Translations under genes and position numbers: made by a program
Virus record (IMG/VR): IMGVR_UViG_2910013374_000001
Coordinates: 1-64,000 of that record
Length of the DNA stretch: 64,000 nt
Direction: 5' to 3' (one strand)
Origin: a virus
Lineage: Duplodnaviria; Caudoviricetes
Notes under the pieces: model-generated
Seen by the model: only the letters and a program-made list of their open reading frames with translations
What the model was told of the DNA's origin: nothing
Database searches by the model: none
Shown: positions 37,901-47,222 of the stretch, piece by piece
Numbering within the stretch: the first letter of the stretch is position 1
Layout of the letters: each line of letters opens with the position of its first letter

Positions 37901-40155
37901 TCATGGGCTCCGGCGGACAAACAGCAGCTCAGATGCCGTATGCAACGCGGGGCAAGTGGGCCAAGCAGCTCGAGAGCTCGATCAAGTCCTCTCAGGCACG
38001 AGGCGACAGCTCGAATCGGTCATGGCAAGACACCGCCCTGCTCGAAATCAAGAACAGGCGCAAGGGCAGCAACGCCGGCACTCCACTACTCGACCGGGAC
38101 CTGGGCATCGACCCCACCTTCGGAGTCAACGGCACAACAGCAAAGGGCTGGGGATTCACCAAGGTCAAGACCCTGGCAACCGACAGACCAATCGATCGCG
38201 GCACCTTCGAAAAGATGCGCTCAAACATCGAGAAGGGCATCAGGGACGCAGCGGACTTCAACGCACCGGCAAACGTCAAGTCAGGGGTGGGCAACCGGAT
38301 GATCAAGGGCCCCAATGGCCAGGTCCTCCAGCGCGGTGATCACGACTGGCTGCTCACCCATGTCCACGAAATGGGCCACCAGATCCACTTCGCGGCAGGT
38401 TCTCCCAAGTACCGCGGCAAGGATCGTTACTCCCCGAGCCAATACGGCAGGACCAACAAGGAGGAGTGGTTCGCGGAAACTCTCGTCCAGTACACGATCG
38501 CCCCCAACGCACTGAAGACGGCCTCACCCGAGGCGTTCAAGTTCGTGGACAAGATCGTGAAGCGGGCGATGTCGGACACCCCAGGCCGGGTGAACCGCTG
38601 GGCAAACAACGGCACCGTCAAGCCGGACGACCTGTTCAACCCAGCCGAGGTGCTGGCCAAGCAGAAGGGCGCCACGGTGCCGCAACTGAAGGCGATGGCC
38701 AAGGAAGCCGGACTGAAGGGCTACTCGAAACTGACCAAGCCGCAGCTCGTCGAGGCCCTCTCAAAGACAAGATCTGCGGGTACGCCTGCCCCTGCAAAGA
38801 CACAGTCTTCCCCTACAGGCACACCTGCAAAGCCAAAGGCTGCAGCTAAGACCCCAGAGGTCAAGCCGGTCGACTACGGCAAGAAAACCGTCAAGCAACT
38901 GCAGGCTGAAGCCAAGGCCAATGGACTGAAGGGCTACTCAAAGCTGAAGAAGCCCGACCTCGTCAAGGTCCTGGAGGAGGCAACAGCTGCGCCTAAGGCT
39001 GCAGGCATCAAGACCAGCAAGGCCAAGGCCAAGAAGAACCTGACGCAGGCGGAGAAGGACTTCAAGCTCGTCAATGAGCAGCTCGGCCTGAGCAAGGAGC
39101 AGTGGAGCAGCAAGAGCGACGCTGCCAAGACGCTCACGCTGAAGACGGCCGCCAAGAAAGCGGCTGCGCCCAAGCTCACCGCTGCTGAGGTGAAAGCGAA
39201 GGAAGCCAAGGCGAAGTACGAGGCAGCCCTCGAGGCCAAGGCTCAGAAGAAGCTCGCGGCTGACATCGCCAAGCTCGACGCTGAGGTGGCCGCCAAGGCC
39301 GCCAAGGCTGCAGCGAAGAGCGCCAATAAGGCTGTCGAGGATCAGATCGCGGCGATCAATAAGGAGATCAAGGCGATCTCACAGAAGGCGCTCACGGGCC
39401 AGAAGGTGACCGCAGCAGAGCAGAAACGCGCAGCCGAACTGCAAAAGCAGAAGCGCGAGCTCATGCAGGAGGAGCCGGGCGACGTTGTCACGAAGATCGA
39501 TCGGACGACGACCGACGTCGAGCACATCTACCGGGCGAAAGACTTCAAGGCCTACGGCTACAACAGCCGGGCGGAGATGACCAGCGCCCTGCAGAAGGTG
39601 GCGGAGTACACCGACGAGGGCTACAAGCGATTCATGAATGCCCAATGGGCGCAGAAGCTGCAGGCAGGCGGCAAGTTGACCGCTTACGAGACAGCCAGGG
39701 CGAAGGAGGCGATCAAGAACAAGAACGCCCTCAAGCTGCAGAGGGACATGGAAGCAGCCGAAGAGCTCGAGAAGTTCATCGCCAAGGCGCCCAAGTACGA
39801 CGGATTGGTCATGCGCGGCTTGCACATGGCCGACGACGCGTCTGCTCTGCAGTTCATCAAGAACCTGGGCAAGGGCACGAAGACCAATTCGGTCGAGAGT
39901 TGGTCAGACGATTACGCCACCGCCGAGCAATTCTCAAATGGCCGCAAAGGCATGGTCGGGATTGTGCTCAGCGTGCAGAACAAGAGCGGCGTCCCGATTG
40001 CCGGCGCTTCCAACTTCTCCACGGAGAGCGAGGTTCTGGTGCCAAGTGGCCAGAGTTACCGGGTCAAGAACGTGACCAAGCGCATCGATGAGGATCTAGA
40101 GATCGGCGGCAATAAGCAGGTGATCTATGACGTCGACCTCGAGCTGATCGATTGA
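34903..40155 (+). CDS. MuF/SPP1 gp7-like minor head protein fused to Zeta-like kinase, zincin peptidase, two Rho-N/HeH motifs and an ADP-ribosyltransferase (start may be GTG 34912)
   Basis: IARTE...TCGFC...PAHPRCRC; GGPASGKG, IDADEIK, HEES, LDGT; HEMGH...SQYG.TN.EEWFAE; YT..GY, MRG, ESWS, ESEVL. Confidence 0.88.
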   Translation: MVQVAGTGADLENSTLAWVDKLDGLGDGTTKAQNAILANSAEQMLAELRKSYTKLADEKAKDPNSRSQIYTSQQLANRIESTIELLPAKQRKALEGLYDAELKKADRLGRESGVDLNNILKNRDKTLNQNAKPNVDAVNAANRRLNQFWQKENSQFTDRVKAMTRNAAAQGMSWRQLSKNIRELLILEEKQGTQSDRSKAVNKRFGIPGRAEMIARTELSNVYIGGKLDSYREMGYDHVRWSAAAERTCGFCMSRDGLVYPAEEIESAIPAHPRCRCDLIPVDVPKDMKGKKITPKQAAEELDDGYWSNSRKQKLDQWKKEQNLNKRGEPKSILKSNSELDQALRNYAQTPTNTQNYLRPGQPASPPLYAPSGSIIPDVEVAATAAKQAAADETNRVERKRLEAEAQKLRDTEVQERPSEEFTHQRFSDADGEPGPNTRWTKERQKLHDKILNEFLKNGVVSKNPTFTMSGGGPASGKGFMLKKTGLDQPGKVVIDADEIKKLIPEYAKAQKTGGKAQQAAAGLVHEESSYLAKRIMSEASKRKFDVVLDGTGDSGIKSLSKKVQKMRDQGYRVEAKYVSADTNTAAQRNWDRFLKTGRLPPEWMLRNVHADVSKTLPEAIKKGIFDKVELYDTNKSGELRKVITQVGGKKPTINDPKLWDDFLNKAKAPQVTKEQGDAMIAKRKADMQAAKAPKKAPQAIIDAGLEQGWKLMAEQPAQQAKLLAKVEGIAAKAKRTEALKPIKAKKSAETQERKKDYYDEVVWRAEQFGISIKAATGAYAKAIKESGMKPGADYNEAIDNAFMSAMRKAGEAARKDALRGIKAKNSAKVASAKEDYLDEIDYRVKTNKITRAEAIDVYAKAVKKTKFKNGRSGEDLEDDFFSAISKEAKEQFAKTGIDTKKMVAEARAEALAKKQARNLGTVDTAKTAGPAATKGTFKGKTSADRVAEQKLLMKDSFDGGLTRQGIKDTFNTLASASGASGANFRKLMDFAERYNISTVMGSGGQTAAQMPYATRGKWAKQLESSIKSSQARGDSSNRSWQDTALLEIKNRRKGSNAGTPLLDRDLGIDPTFGVNGTTAKGWGFTKVKTLATDRPIDRGTFEKMRSNIEKGIRDAADFNAPANVKSGVGNRMIKGPNGQVLQRGDHDWLLTHVHEMGHQIHFAAGSPKYRGKDRYSPSQYGRTNKEEWFAETLVQYTIAPNALKTASPEAFKFVDKIVKRAMSDTPGRVNRWANNGTVKPDDLFNPAEVLAKQKGATVPQLKAMAKEAGLKGYSKLTKPQLVEALSKTRSAGTPAPAKTQSSPTGTPAKPKAAAKTPEVKPVDYGKKTVKQLQAEAKANGLKGYSKLKKPDLVKVLEEATAAPKAAGIKTSKAKAKKNLTQAEKDFKLVNEQLGLSKEQWSSKSDAAKTLTLKTAAKKAAAPKLTAAEVKAKEAKAKYEAALEAKAQKKLAADIAKLDAEVAAKAAKAAAKSANKAVEDQIAAINKEIKAISQKALTGQKVTAAEQKRAAELQKQKRELMQEEPGDVVTKIDRTTTDVEHIYRAKDFKAYGYNSRAEMTSALQKVAEYTDEGYKRFMNAQWAQKLQAGGKLTAYETARAKEAIKNKNALKLQRDMEAAEELEKFIAKAPKYDGLVMRGLHMADDASALQFIKNLGKGTKTNSVESWSDDYATAEQFSNGRKGMVGIVLSVQNKSGVPIAGASNFSTESEVLVPSGQSYRVKNVTKRIDEDLEIGGNKQVIYDVDLELID

Positions 40156-40156
40156 G

Positions 40157-40345
40157 TTAAGTGAGGTCGATGAAGTCGAAGCCCATCTCTTCGGCCATCG
40201 CTTCCATGAATCCAGGATCGCCGGCCCAGAGCTCTTTGCCGTCTTTGCCGGTGACCGGACCTGCCTCCTCTCGAGTGACGTGCGGATGCTCGGTGAACCT
40301 GCCTTCAGCGCCGTCGTCCGTGGGTCGTTCCTTGGTCATGCTCAC
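40157..40345 (-). CDS. small acidic hypothetical protein
   Basis: convergent with the MuF gene; GGAAACCT motif upstream on the minus strand. Confidence 0.55.
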   Translation of the reverse strand: MSMTKERPTDDGAEGRFTEHPHVTREEAGPVTGKDGKELWAGDPGFMEAMAEEMGFDFIDLT

Positions 40346-40410
40346 AAGCTACCGGGTGCGGCCAAGGTTTCCTGTCAGCGGAACACTGCTGCGACTCATA
40401 GCTTGACGAC

Positions 40411-40617
40411 ATGGAATCCAATTTCGACAAAGCTCAGAAATTGGCGATGCGCTGGCCAAAGGACAAAACGATCCCAGCCAAGCTCGTCAAGCTCTACAAA
40501 GCAGAGAACGGTGATCCGATGGTGGGTCTGTTTTTTGAGGCGTTGTATGCAGCGGCCAATGGTCCGGAAGATCTGGAATTGATTGGCAGGGCACGCCTCG
40601 AAGAAGACGAGGAATAG
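40411..40617 (+). CDS. small hypothetical protein (candidate immunity protein)
   Basis: CGGAACACT motif 32 nt upstream; lies after the MuF gene. Confidence 0.55.
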   Translation: MESNFDKAQKLAMRWPKDKTIPAKLVKLYKAENGDPMVGLFFEALYAAANGPEDLELIGRARLEEDEE

Positions 40618-40677
40618 GTGGACAGGGCCTGGCCGGAAGGTTAGACTTGACACGTCGTCCATCTGGAGACACATCCC

Positions 40678-40878
40678 ATGACGCTCAGCGCCGAAGAAAT
40701 GGAACGGATCGTGACCCAGGTGTCGCGAGGAGAAGAGCTTTCTGGGCGCGAGTCAGGGGAAGCTGCAGAGTTTCGCGCTGGTGTGACGCAAGAAGTCGAT
40801 CAAGCCCGCGAGATCGCTGAAGAGCTGGGCTTGGACTTCCAGGTGGAGATCCCGAACGAAACCCCCTTGATGTGGTGA
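40678..40878 (+). CDS. small acidic hypothetical protein (candidate immunity protein)
   Basis: 66 aa, Glu-rich. Confidence 0.55.
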   Translation: MTLSAEEMERIVTQVSRGEELSGRESGEAAEFRAGVTQEVDQAREIAEELGLDFQVEIPNETPLMW

Positions 40879-40935
40879 CATGAAAAAGGGCCCGAAGGCC
40901 CTTGGTTGCTCAGAGAAGCGGGTTGATCACCGCGT

Positions 40936-41121
40936 TCAGGAGGCTTTATAGCTGACACCACGGTAGGTGCAAACCTTGGGCTGGGCTCTGAGTGCCGCCG
41001 GAGACTGATGGGCGGTCGTATTGACACCGCGATAGGCGGTCTGACGCAGATGCGCCATCTGTGCATCGCTTAGGCGTTGCTGACGCTGTGCGAAGCGTTG
41101 TGCGTGTGCGAGAGGGGACAT
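40936..41121 (-). CDS. DUF4278-like small protein
   Basis: two YRGV motifs (TAYRGVNT, CTYRGVSY); directly downstream of a riboswitch; terminator at about 40882-40903. Confidence 0.8.
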   Translation of the reverse strand: MSPLAHAQRFAQRQQRLSDAQMAHLRQTAYRGVNTTAHQSPAALRAQPKVCTYRGVSYKAS

Positions 41122-41136
41122 GAAGGTCTCCACAGC

Positions 41137-41196
41137 GCCCTGGCCCCCGTTGCGTGGCCTGGATCTGACTGCACCCGACGACTGCCGGGTCAACGT
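41137..41196 (-). ncRNA. glutamine-II riboswitch (Downstream-peptide motif)
   Basis: CGUUG-ACCCGGC-AGUC-GUCGGGU-GCAGUCAGAU-CCAGGCC-ACG-CAACG-GGGGCCAGG gives P1, P2, conserved GCAGU and a pseudoknot, upstream of DUF4278. Confidence 0.82.
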
Positions 41197-41202
41197 GCTT
41201 TC

Positions 41203-41231
41203 AGTTTACCGGTCTTTGTAGCGGTTGCGAC
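41203..41231 (-). promoter_or_regulatory. -10 TAAACT with an NtcA-like box (GTC-N8-TAC) in a repressing position
   Basis: minus strand GTCGCAACCGCTAC-AAAGACCGG-TAAACT immediately 5' of the riboswitch. Confidence 0.6.
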
Positions 41232-41279
41232 GAACGACGACTGGGAGCCTGTACGAGTTAGAACAACCCCCTCTTTCTC

Positions 41280-41795
41280 ATGCTCAAGAAGACAGCCGCC
41301 GCCGCAATGGCCATCATCACCTTGGCTTTTGCCACGCCCGTCATGGCTTCTGATCCAGACAACGTCAAGGACTTGGCCGCCACGATCTCAGCTACAGGAA
41401 CGCAGTTCCTCAACGAGTGTCCGCCAGGGGCAAAGTTCCAGGGCGTCTACATGCCTGGTCGCCGTGTTCTGGCTGTCTGCGCTGGAGGGAAGGATCCTTC
41501 TGAGTTCAATGCTGAAGAGCAAGACACCCTGCGCCATGAGGGGATTCACCTCGCTCAGGACTGCATGGATCGCAGCTTCAACAGTGAACTGGAGACCACC
41601 CGCAACCTGATCTCTGTGATGGAGATGATGAAGCTCGCTTCCACCACCCTCAACTTCGCTGAGATCGAGCGTGCCTACAGGGAGATGGGCGCTGATGACC
41701 AGATGATCATGCTCGAGTTCGAAGCCTGGTCTGGAGCTGCTCTGCTCACGAATGCGGAGGTTTCTGACCTGATCCGCCGCGTCTGTCGCCTTTAA
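41280..41795 (+). CDS. secreted HExxH-motif protein
   Basis: signal peptide and TLRHEGIHLAQDC. Confidence 0.7.
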   Translation: MLKKTAAAAMAIITLAFATPVMASDPDNVKDLAATISATGTQFLNECPPGAKFQGVYMPGRRVLAVCAGGKDPSEFNAEEQDTLRHEGIHLAQDCMDRSFNSELETTRNLISVMEMMKLASTTLNFAEIERAYREMGADDQMIMLEFEAWSGAALLTNAEVSDLIRRVCRL

Positions 41796-41848
41796 GCTGT
41801 TCTAGTTCGAACAGATACAGGCAACCTAAACCAAACAACCCCCGACTC

Positions 41849-43039
41849 ATGGAAGATCTCGTCATCAGAATCTGCTTCAAGTCGGGGTCTGTCTCTGAAG
41901 AGCGCGGGACTGAACTGCAGATCACCGCTCTCTTCGATGACGACGTCAACGGTCTGATCGATTACGTCATGGCCCTGGAGCCCAAAGCTGGTGAGATCGC
42001 TCTCTGGCAGCACGAAGGCGACCCACGCTGGGCCGAGATCGAGTACTGATCACACTTGGAACAGGGCTCGTAGCTTGTTGCACATCGCACAAGCGGCCAT
42101 GCTTGAACTCCTCAAGCTTCTGTTCAGCAAGAAAGGCTTCTCCTGCAGGGTCCTTCCACCCGGCTCCGTCTGGGCATCCAAGTCAAAGGGCAGACAGCTC
42201 GTCGTGATCATCGACCTGGATGAACTCGATGCTTGAGTCCGGAACCTCCTTCTCCTCCCCTGGGGGGAGTTTTTCGTATGTGATCCAGGGGCCTGTTTGC
42301 CGCCTGTACGACCGCGAGGAATTGCCCTGGCCCTCCTGCTCGCTGCAGTGGAAGGGCAAGCAGCCCAGCTGGAACCGGGTCGGCCGCCGCTTCGTTGGTG
42401 ACATCGCTGTCAAGCGCAACCCTTCCTATTCCGTGATTGGTATCGACCGCTCCGGGCACACCTGGGAGCAGGTGATCACGGATTTCACCTACATGAACTC
42501 CATGGCGCATCGCCGCTGGTGGTATGCCGCCTCGCCGCCTCCTGGGAAGAACTATCCGAACTATCCAGGAGACAACGGATGAGCAACCGTGCCCTTTCGG
42601 TGATGCGCTGCTGCGCGTCTGCTTTGGCTTTGATTGCCTATGGGCTGCTCACCCACGGCATGACGACCGCCGGGATCTTCGTGGCCTTGGCCGGCCAGTG
42701 CGCCTTTATCCCCTGGTCGATCCGTAACAAGGTCTGGGACATGGTCGCCCTCGACGCCTTCTACATCGCCATTGGTCTCACTCGCCTGGTGACGCTGTGA
42801 TCCGTCTTTACTTCTCCCACGCCACAAGACTGCGCAAGTTCTCCCTGTGGACCGCGATGATCGGTTTTGGCGGGTTCATCGTGGGCGCTGTTGAGTTCGC
42901 TCTCTGGGTGCGAATCCTCACCGAGCTAACCCGCTTGCCGAGCTTCAAAGAAGAGGGCATGACCGACCAGGTCCGCCTCTGTTATGTGGTGCTGATCGGT
43001 TGCGTGATTGGTCTGATTCGGCTGCGCTTCTACCCCTGA
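41849..43039 (+). other. small hypothetical genes (41849-42049, 42099-42236, 42229-42582, 42579-42800, 42797-43039); the last two are membrane proteins
   Basis: coupled ORFs after conserved boxes; hydrophobic segments. Confidence 0.55.
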
Positions 43040-43041
43040 GC

Positions 43042-43210
43042 TGACGAGCTACTCGTCACTGCACAGCTAGTCGTCAGTGAAGAGCTACTCGTCACTGGGT
43101 GACGACCTAGTCGTCATCTAGATGAAGAGCTACTCGTCATCAAGGTGAAGAGCTACTCGTCAACATATAAGAAGGTTTATAAGAAGCTCTTTAAGAAGAA
43201 GAAGAAGAAC
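43042..43210. repeat. second iteron array (six 17-bp palindromes) plus A/T-rich tract, matching the origin inside rep
   Basis: TGA(C/A)GA-N5-TCGTCA at 43042, 43060 (TGCACA variant), 43078, 43100, 43123, 43146, then ACATATAAGAAGGTTTATAAGAAG. Confidence 0.9.
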
Positions 43211-46200
43211 CTCACTTCGTTCGGCAACCTCCTCCGCGTCTCCCTTCAAAGCGTGGACAAGCCACTCACTGATCACCAAGTCAAGCTCCTCAAAATCATC
43301 GACCACGTCAGATGGGATGAGAACGATGAGCTGGACGCTTTCGGATACCACCAAGTGCGTCGGGCGATTGGCCAAGGCGACTTCGTCATCGAGTTCGAGC
43401 TGAAGCAGGCCGTGGACCATCAGGAGTCGTTCTCAGGCCAAGGCTTTCCAACTCCACCGCCGGGTGAGGCTCGCTCTCCATGGATCGACACCTGGAATGT
43501 GCCCCTGGATCAGTACCGGCGGATCAGCACTGCCATCGACCTGTCTGGCTTCGAACCGGGCTCGTAGCTTGTCCTGTTCCGTACAGCTTGAACATGTTTA
43601 CGGCAAGACCCCGTCCGGTTGATCGCCTCACGGTGACCGACACCGCCTTCGTCCTCAATCTCGGCTTCTTCGCTCTGGTTGGCTTCAACACGATCCACCA
43701 CACCGATGGGCACATCACCTGGGGCGCAACCTGGGCCATGCTTGATCTCGGCTTCGTGCGCACCGCTGGATTCATCGGGGGGACAGGCCAGTGATCACCC
43801 GCTTCTATCTCGCCCTTGCGGCGAGCATGGCCGGCATTGGCTTGTGCTTCTACCTCGCGCCAGCTCAGCAGTGGCCCGTCACCCGCAGCGGCCTCGATTG
43901 CTCGGAGATCGGCGAGGTTCTGTCCGAGGTTCCGCCTGAACTTCGTATGCCGCTCGCTGACATCGAGGCGATCATCGAGCGCTGCAGGAATTCTGAGATG
44001 TCTCAGGCAATGCTCACTCGAACAGCTTGACATCAAGTCTTCGCTGAGCGACTCTTAAGGAGTCGAGCCCGAACCGGCTTTTTTTAAGCCTCCACCTTGT
44101 TCTAGTTCTTACCATGACCGCTACTTCACGCGAACTGCGCATCATCGAACTCACGAAGGAAGCTCAGATGCACAGCGATATGGGCAACAAATTCGGCATG
44201 TACGCGTGCCTCCGCGAGATCACATCTCTGCGCCAGCCATGACCTACTCCGTCACCTTCATGACCAAGCAGGGAGCCAGTCGCACCGAACACGTCAAGGC
44301 CGACTCGCTCTTCCTCGCCGTCCAGACCTGTCAGCACACCGACCAGGTCGCAAAAGTCCTCCGCATCGTTGAAGTCCAATGATCGATCTCACCCAACACT
44401 CCGACGTCCACGTCCTGTTCCTCGAGACCACCGAGGCAGACCTCAAGGCCAAAGACAAGAGCCTCCCGAGTGACACCCATTTGGTGCGCTACATCAAAGA
44501 GGGCATCGAGCAGATCAGCGCCCTGCGGGCCTACAAGAGCGTCGACATCTTCGACGCCCTGCACGACAACGGCTGCGAAGTGCTCGAGATTCGCCGCGGG
44601 TTCGGGACCATCAGGCCGAATCTGTACGGCTTCGTGAAGACGGAGGGCTGATCTATGGCTCAGTCATCAGCCGAGAAGCGCGACCGCTTCGCCCGGATGT
44701 TCCCGCCACGTGCCCAGAAGCTTGTCGATCAGTTCCGCCTTCTGGAGAACTGCACGAGCAAGTCCAACTACGAGTGGACCGAGGACACGGTGAAGCGGGC
44801 CTGGATTGAGATCGCTAAGGCGTTGCAGACCACTGCCAAGGCCTACGACCTGGAACTGGACGTCAGCCTCAATGGCGACGAGGTCCAATTCATCGACACC
44901 AGCAAACCCCTGCCCGAGTAAGCCATGACCGAATTCACCACTGATCCCTACGGACCCGAGAACGTCGCCACCCTCCTCGCTGCCATGAAGCGTGTCCGGG
45001 AGCTCCGCAAGGCTGGGAGAGACCCAGAAGCCGGTGAGGTCGTCAAGCAGCACTGGCCGCACCTGTACTCCCACTTCTTCGAAGGGGAAGCACGCAGGGC
45101 TTGAGTTTGCCCTTACTCAGGAAATTCTCAGGGGCCTCGGCCCCTTTTTTGTTGACACCACGTCCCCCAGGATCCATGCTTAACGAGTCACCGAGAGAAC
45201 GACATGCAACGCCAACTCCGCACCCCTGAAGAAGTCGCCGCTTTCAAGGCCGCCAACCTCGCAGCAAACGCCCGCAACAAGCAGGTGGTCGTGATCAAGG
45301 CCGAGAGGCCAGCACCTCGCCCGACCCAGCGCCAGCAGTTCGCAGCTGACCTGCGCGAGACCGAGGACATGATCCGCGCCGCTAAGCGCCAAGGCCTTCT
45401 GCAGGCCATCCCCGCCCTGATCGGCCGCCACAACACACTGACCGCCTTGGTCAATAACGCCGCGCTGACCTGAGATGTCACGCGGAGGACGCGTAGCTGG
45501 GGGCGCTTTCCCCGGCCCCTCGATCGGGTGCTTGCCAGCACTCCTGCCATTCATCGGGATGGCACTGGTCCTTGCAGCGGCAAGGCCTCTGGCGCAACAG
45601 ACGCCCGCTCCTGCGCCTGCAGCTCCGCTGGTTCAGGTCAACCTCGGGCCTGTGATCGAGAACGTGAACATCTACGTGAAAGAGGGAACGCCTCAGTGGG
45701 TGATCGAGGAAGAGCTGAGGAATCTGGGCCGAGCAAAGGCTCACTCGCCCGCCTCCCCCATGGCTGCCCGCACCCGCGCTGGTCGCACCACTCACCTCAA
45801 GACGCCGGCGATGTATTTCAGCGACTGCGAGGACGATCCAGTGCTGATGCCGCTCAAGGAGTGGAGGGAACGCTAGGGCGACTGGTAGCTGTGTCTTGTT
45901 CGAGTTCGTACTATGACCGTTTTCTCTCCCGGCCCGTTCAAGGGTCACCAGCGCAAGCATTCACCCCTCGTCGACGCCGCAACGCTCAAGGCCCGCCTCG
46001 ACGAACAGGTTCGCCAATTCCGCCAGGGAGCCGAGCAGTGAGCCGCGCCTCTGATCGATTGGCGCTACTGGATCTCGCCATCGAGGCCGCAGACACTGAC
46101 GAGCTGAAACACCAGCTGATCGGTGAACGGGCTGCGCTGGCTGAGGCCTATAGGACGCCCACTCAATGACACATGCGCGACCCGGTTTTCGAGCCGGGTT

Positions 46201-47222
46201 TCGTTTTCTCAGGCAACTCTCAGTTCCGAATGTTGACACCACGTCCATCTGGGGCCATAGTTGGCACAGATCGGTCGAGCAACTCTTCGGCTCCCGCTCT
46301 CACAGAACTGATGAACACCACCACCACTCACCCCATCGATCACGCCATCGTCGCTTTCCTGTTCCTGCTTGAAGGCATCGCCTGGATCATCAACGAGGCC
46401 GCTGGCTTCCACGCCCCCTTAACCGCGGAAACTGCTGAGCCCGAGCTCATCGATCCCCGCGACGTCTACGCCATCGAGGCACCCGTCCACGAGCCCACCA
46501 TCACTGAGATGCCTGACTTCGCCGAGTACGTCGAGTTCATGGCTCCCTTCGACCTCGCCAAGCTCAAGGTCACCGAACTCCGCAAGCGGGCCCGAGGCCT
46601 CGCCAAGGGCGTCCACCTGATGCGCAAAGAGGAACTCCTGCAGGTGCTCGCATGACCTACTCCTGCATCTTCAGGAACGGAGACGCCCGCAAGGGCCTCC
46701 TGTTCGACCAGGCCTGGGCTCTGTTCATGGCCTACCGCTTCACCACCAATCCCTGCACCCTCTCCGTGGAGATGAACTGATGGAACTGATCCTTGTCCCT
46801 GTCATTCTTCTTGCCTTGCCCTGCCTGATCATCGAGGGCTTCGGCAACTGAGCGGAATCCTGGGGGAGCCGCCTCCCCCTCCTTGACCACTAGAGAACTC
46901 GCCCTGGGCGTCGTGATCGCTGGCCTCTTCATCGGGGTCAGCGGTTCGTATTACAGGGCCGCTGCCTGCGGGACCGAGAAGATCTGCGACGAGTACTGGA
47001 ACGCAGCTGGACTGGCCACCAGCGGAGCCGTGGGCATGGGCTGGGCCTGGCTGACCAAGGCACCGGGCGACGACACGCCCACCAAACCGACACCGCGCCG
47101 GACCACCCGAGTGAAGAACCCGGACTGACATCACGTCCGCCGTGTGCGATCTACAGGAGGGCCAGGAAGGCCCCTCCGCCCTGTTCTGGGTCAGATCCTG
47201 CAGTCTCCTGATTAGGCGTCCC

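Noticed and set aside
43042-43162. Mini-CRISPR array, or the 140-aa ORF starting at 43145
   Set aside because: Spacers are 1-6 bp. The Lys-rich N-terminus of that ORF is simply the A-rich tract; a start near GTG 43254 is more plausible.
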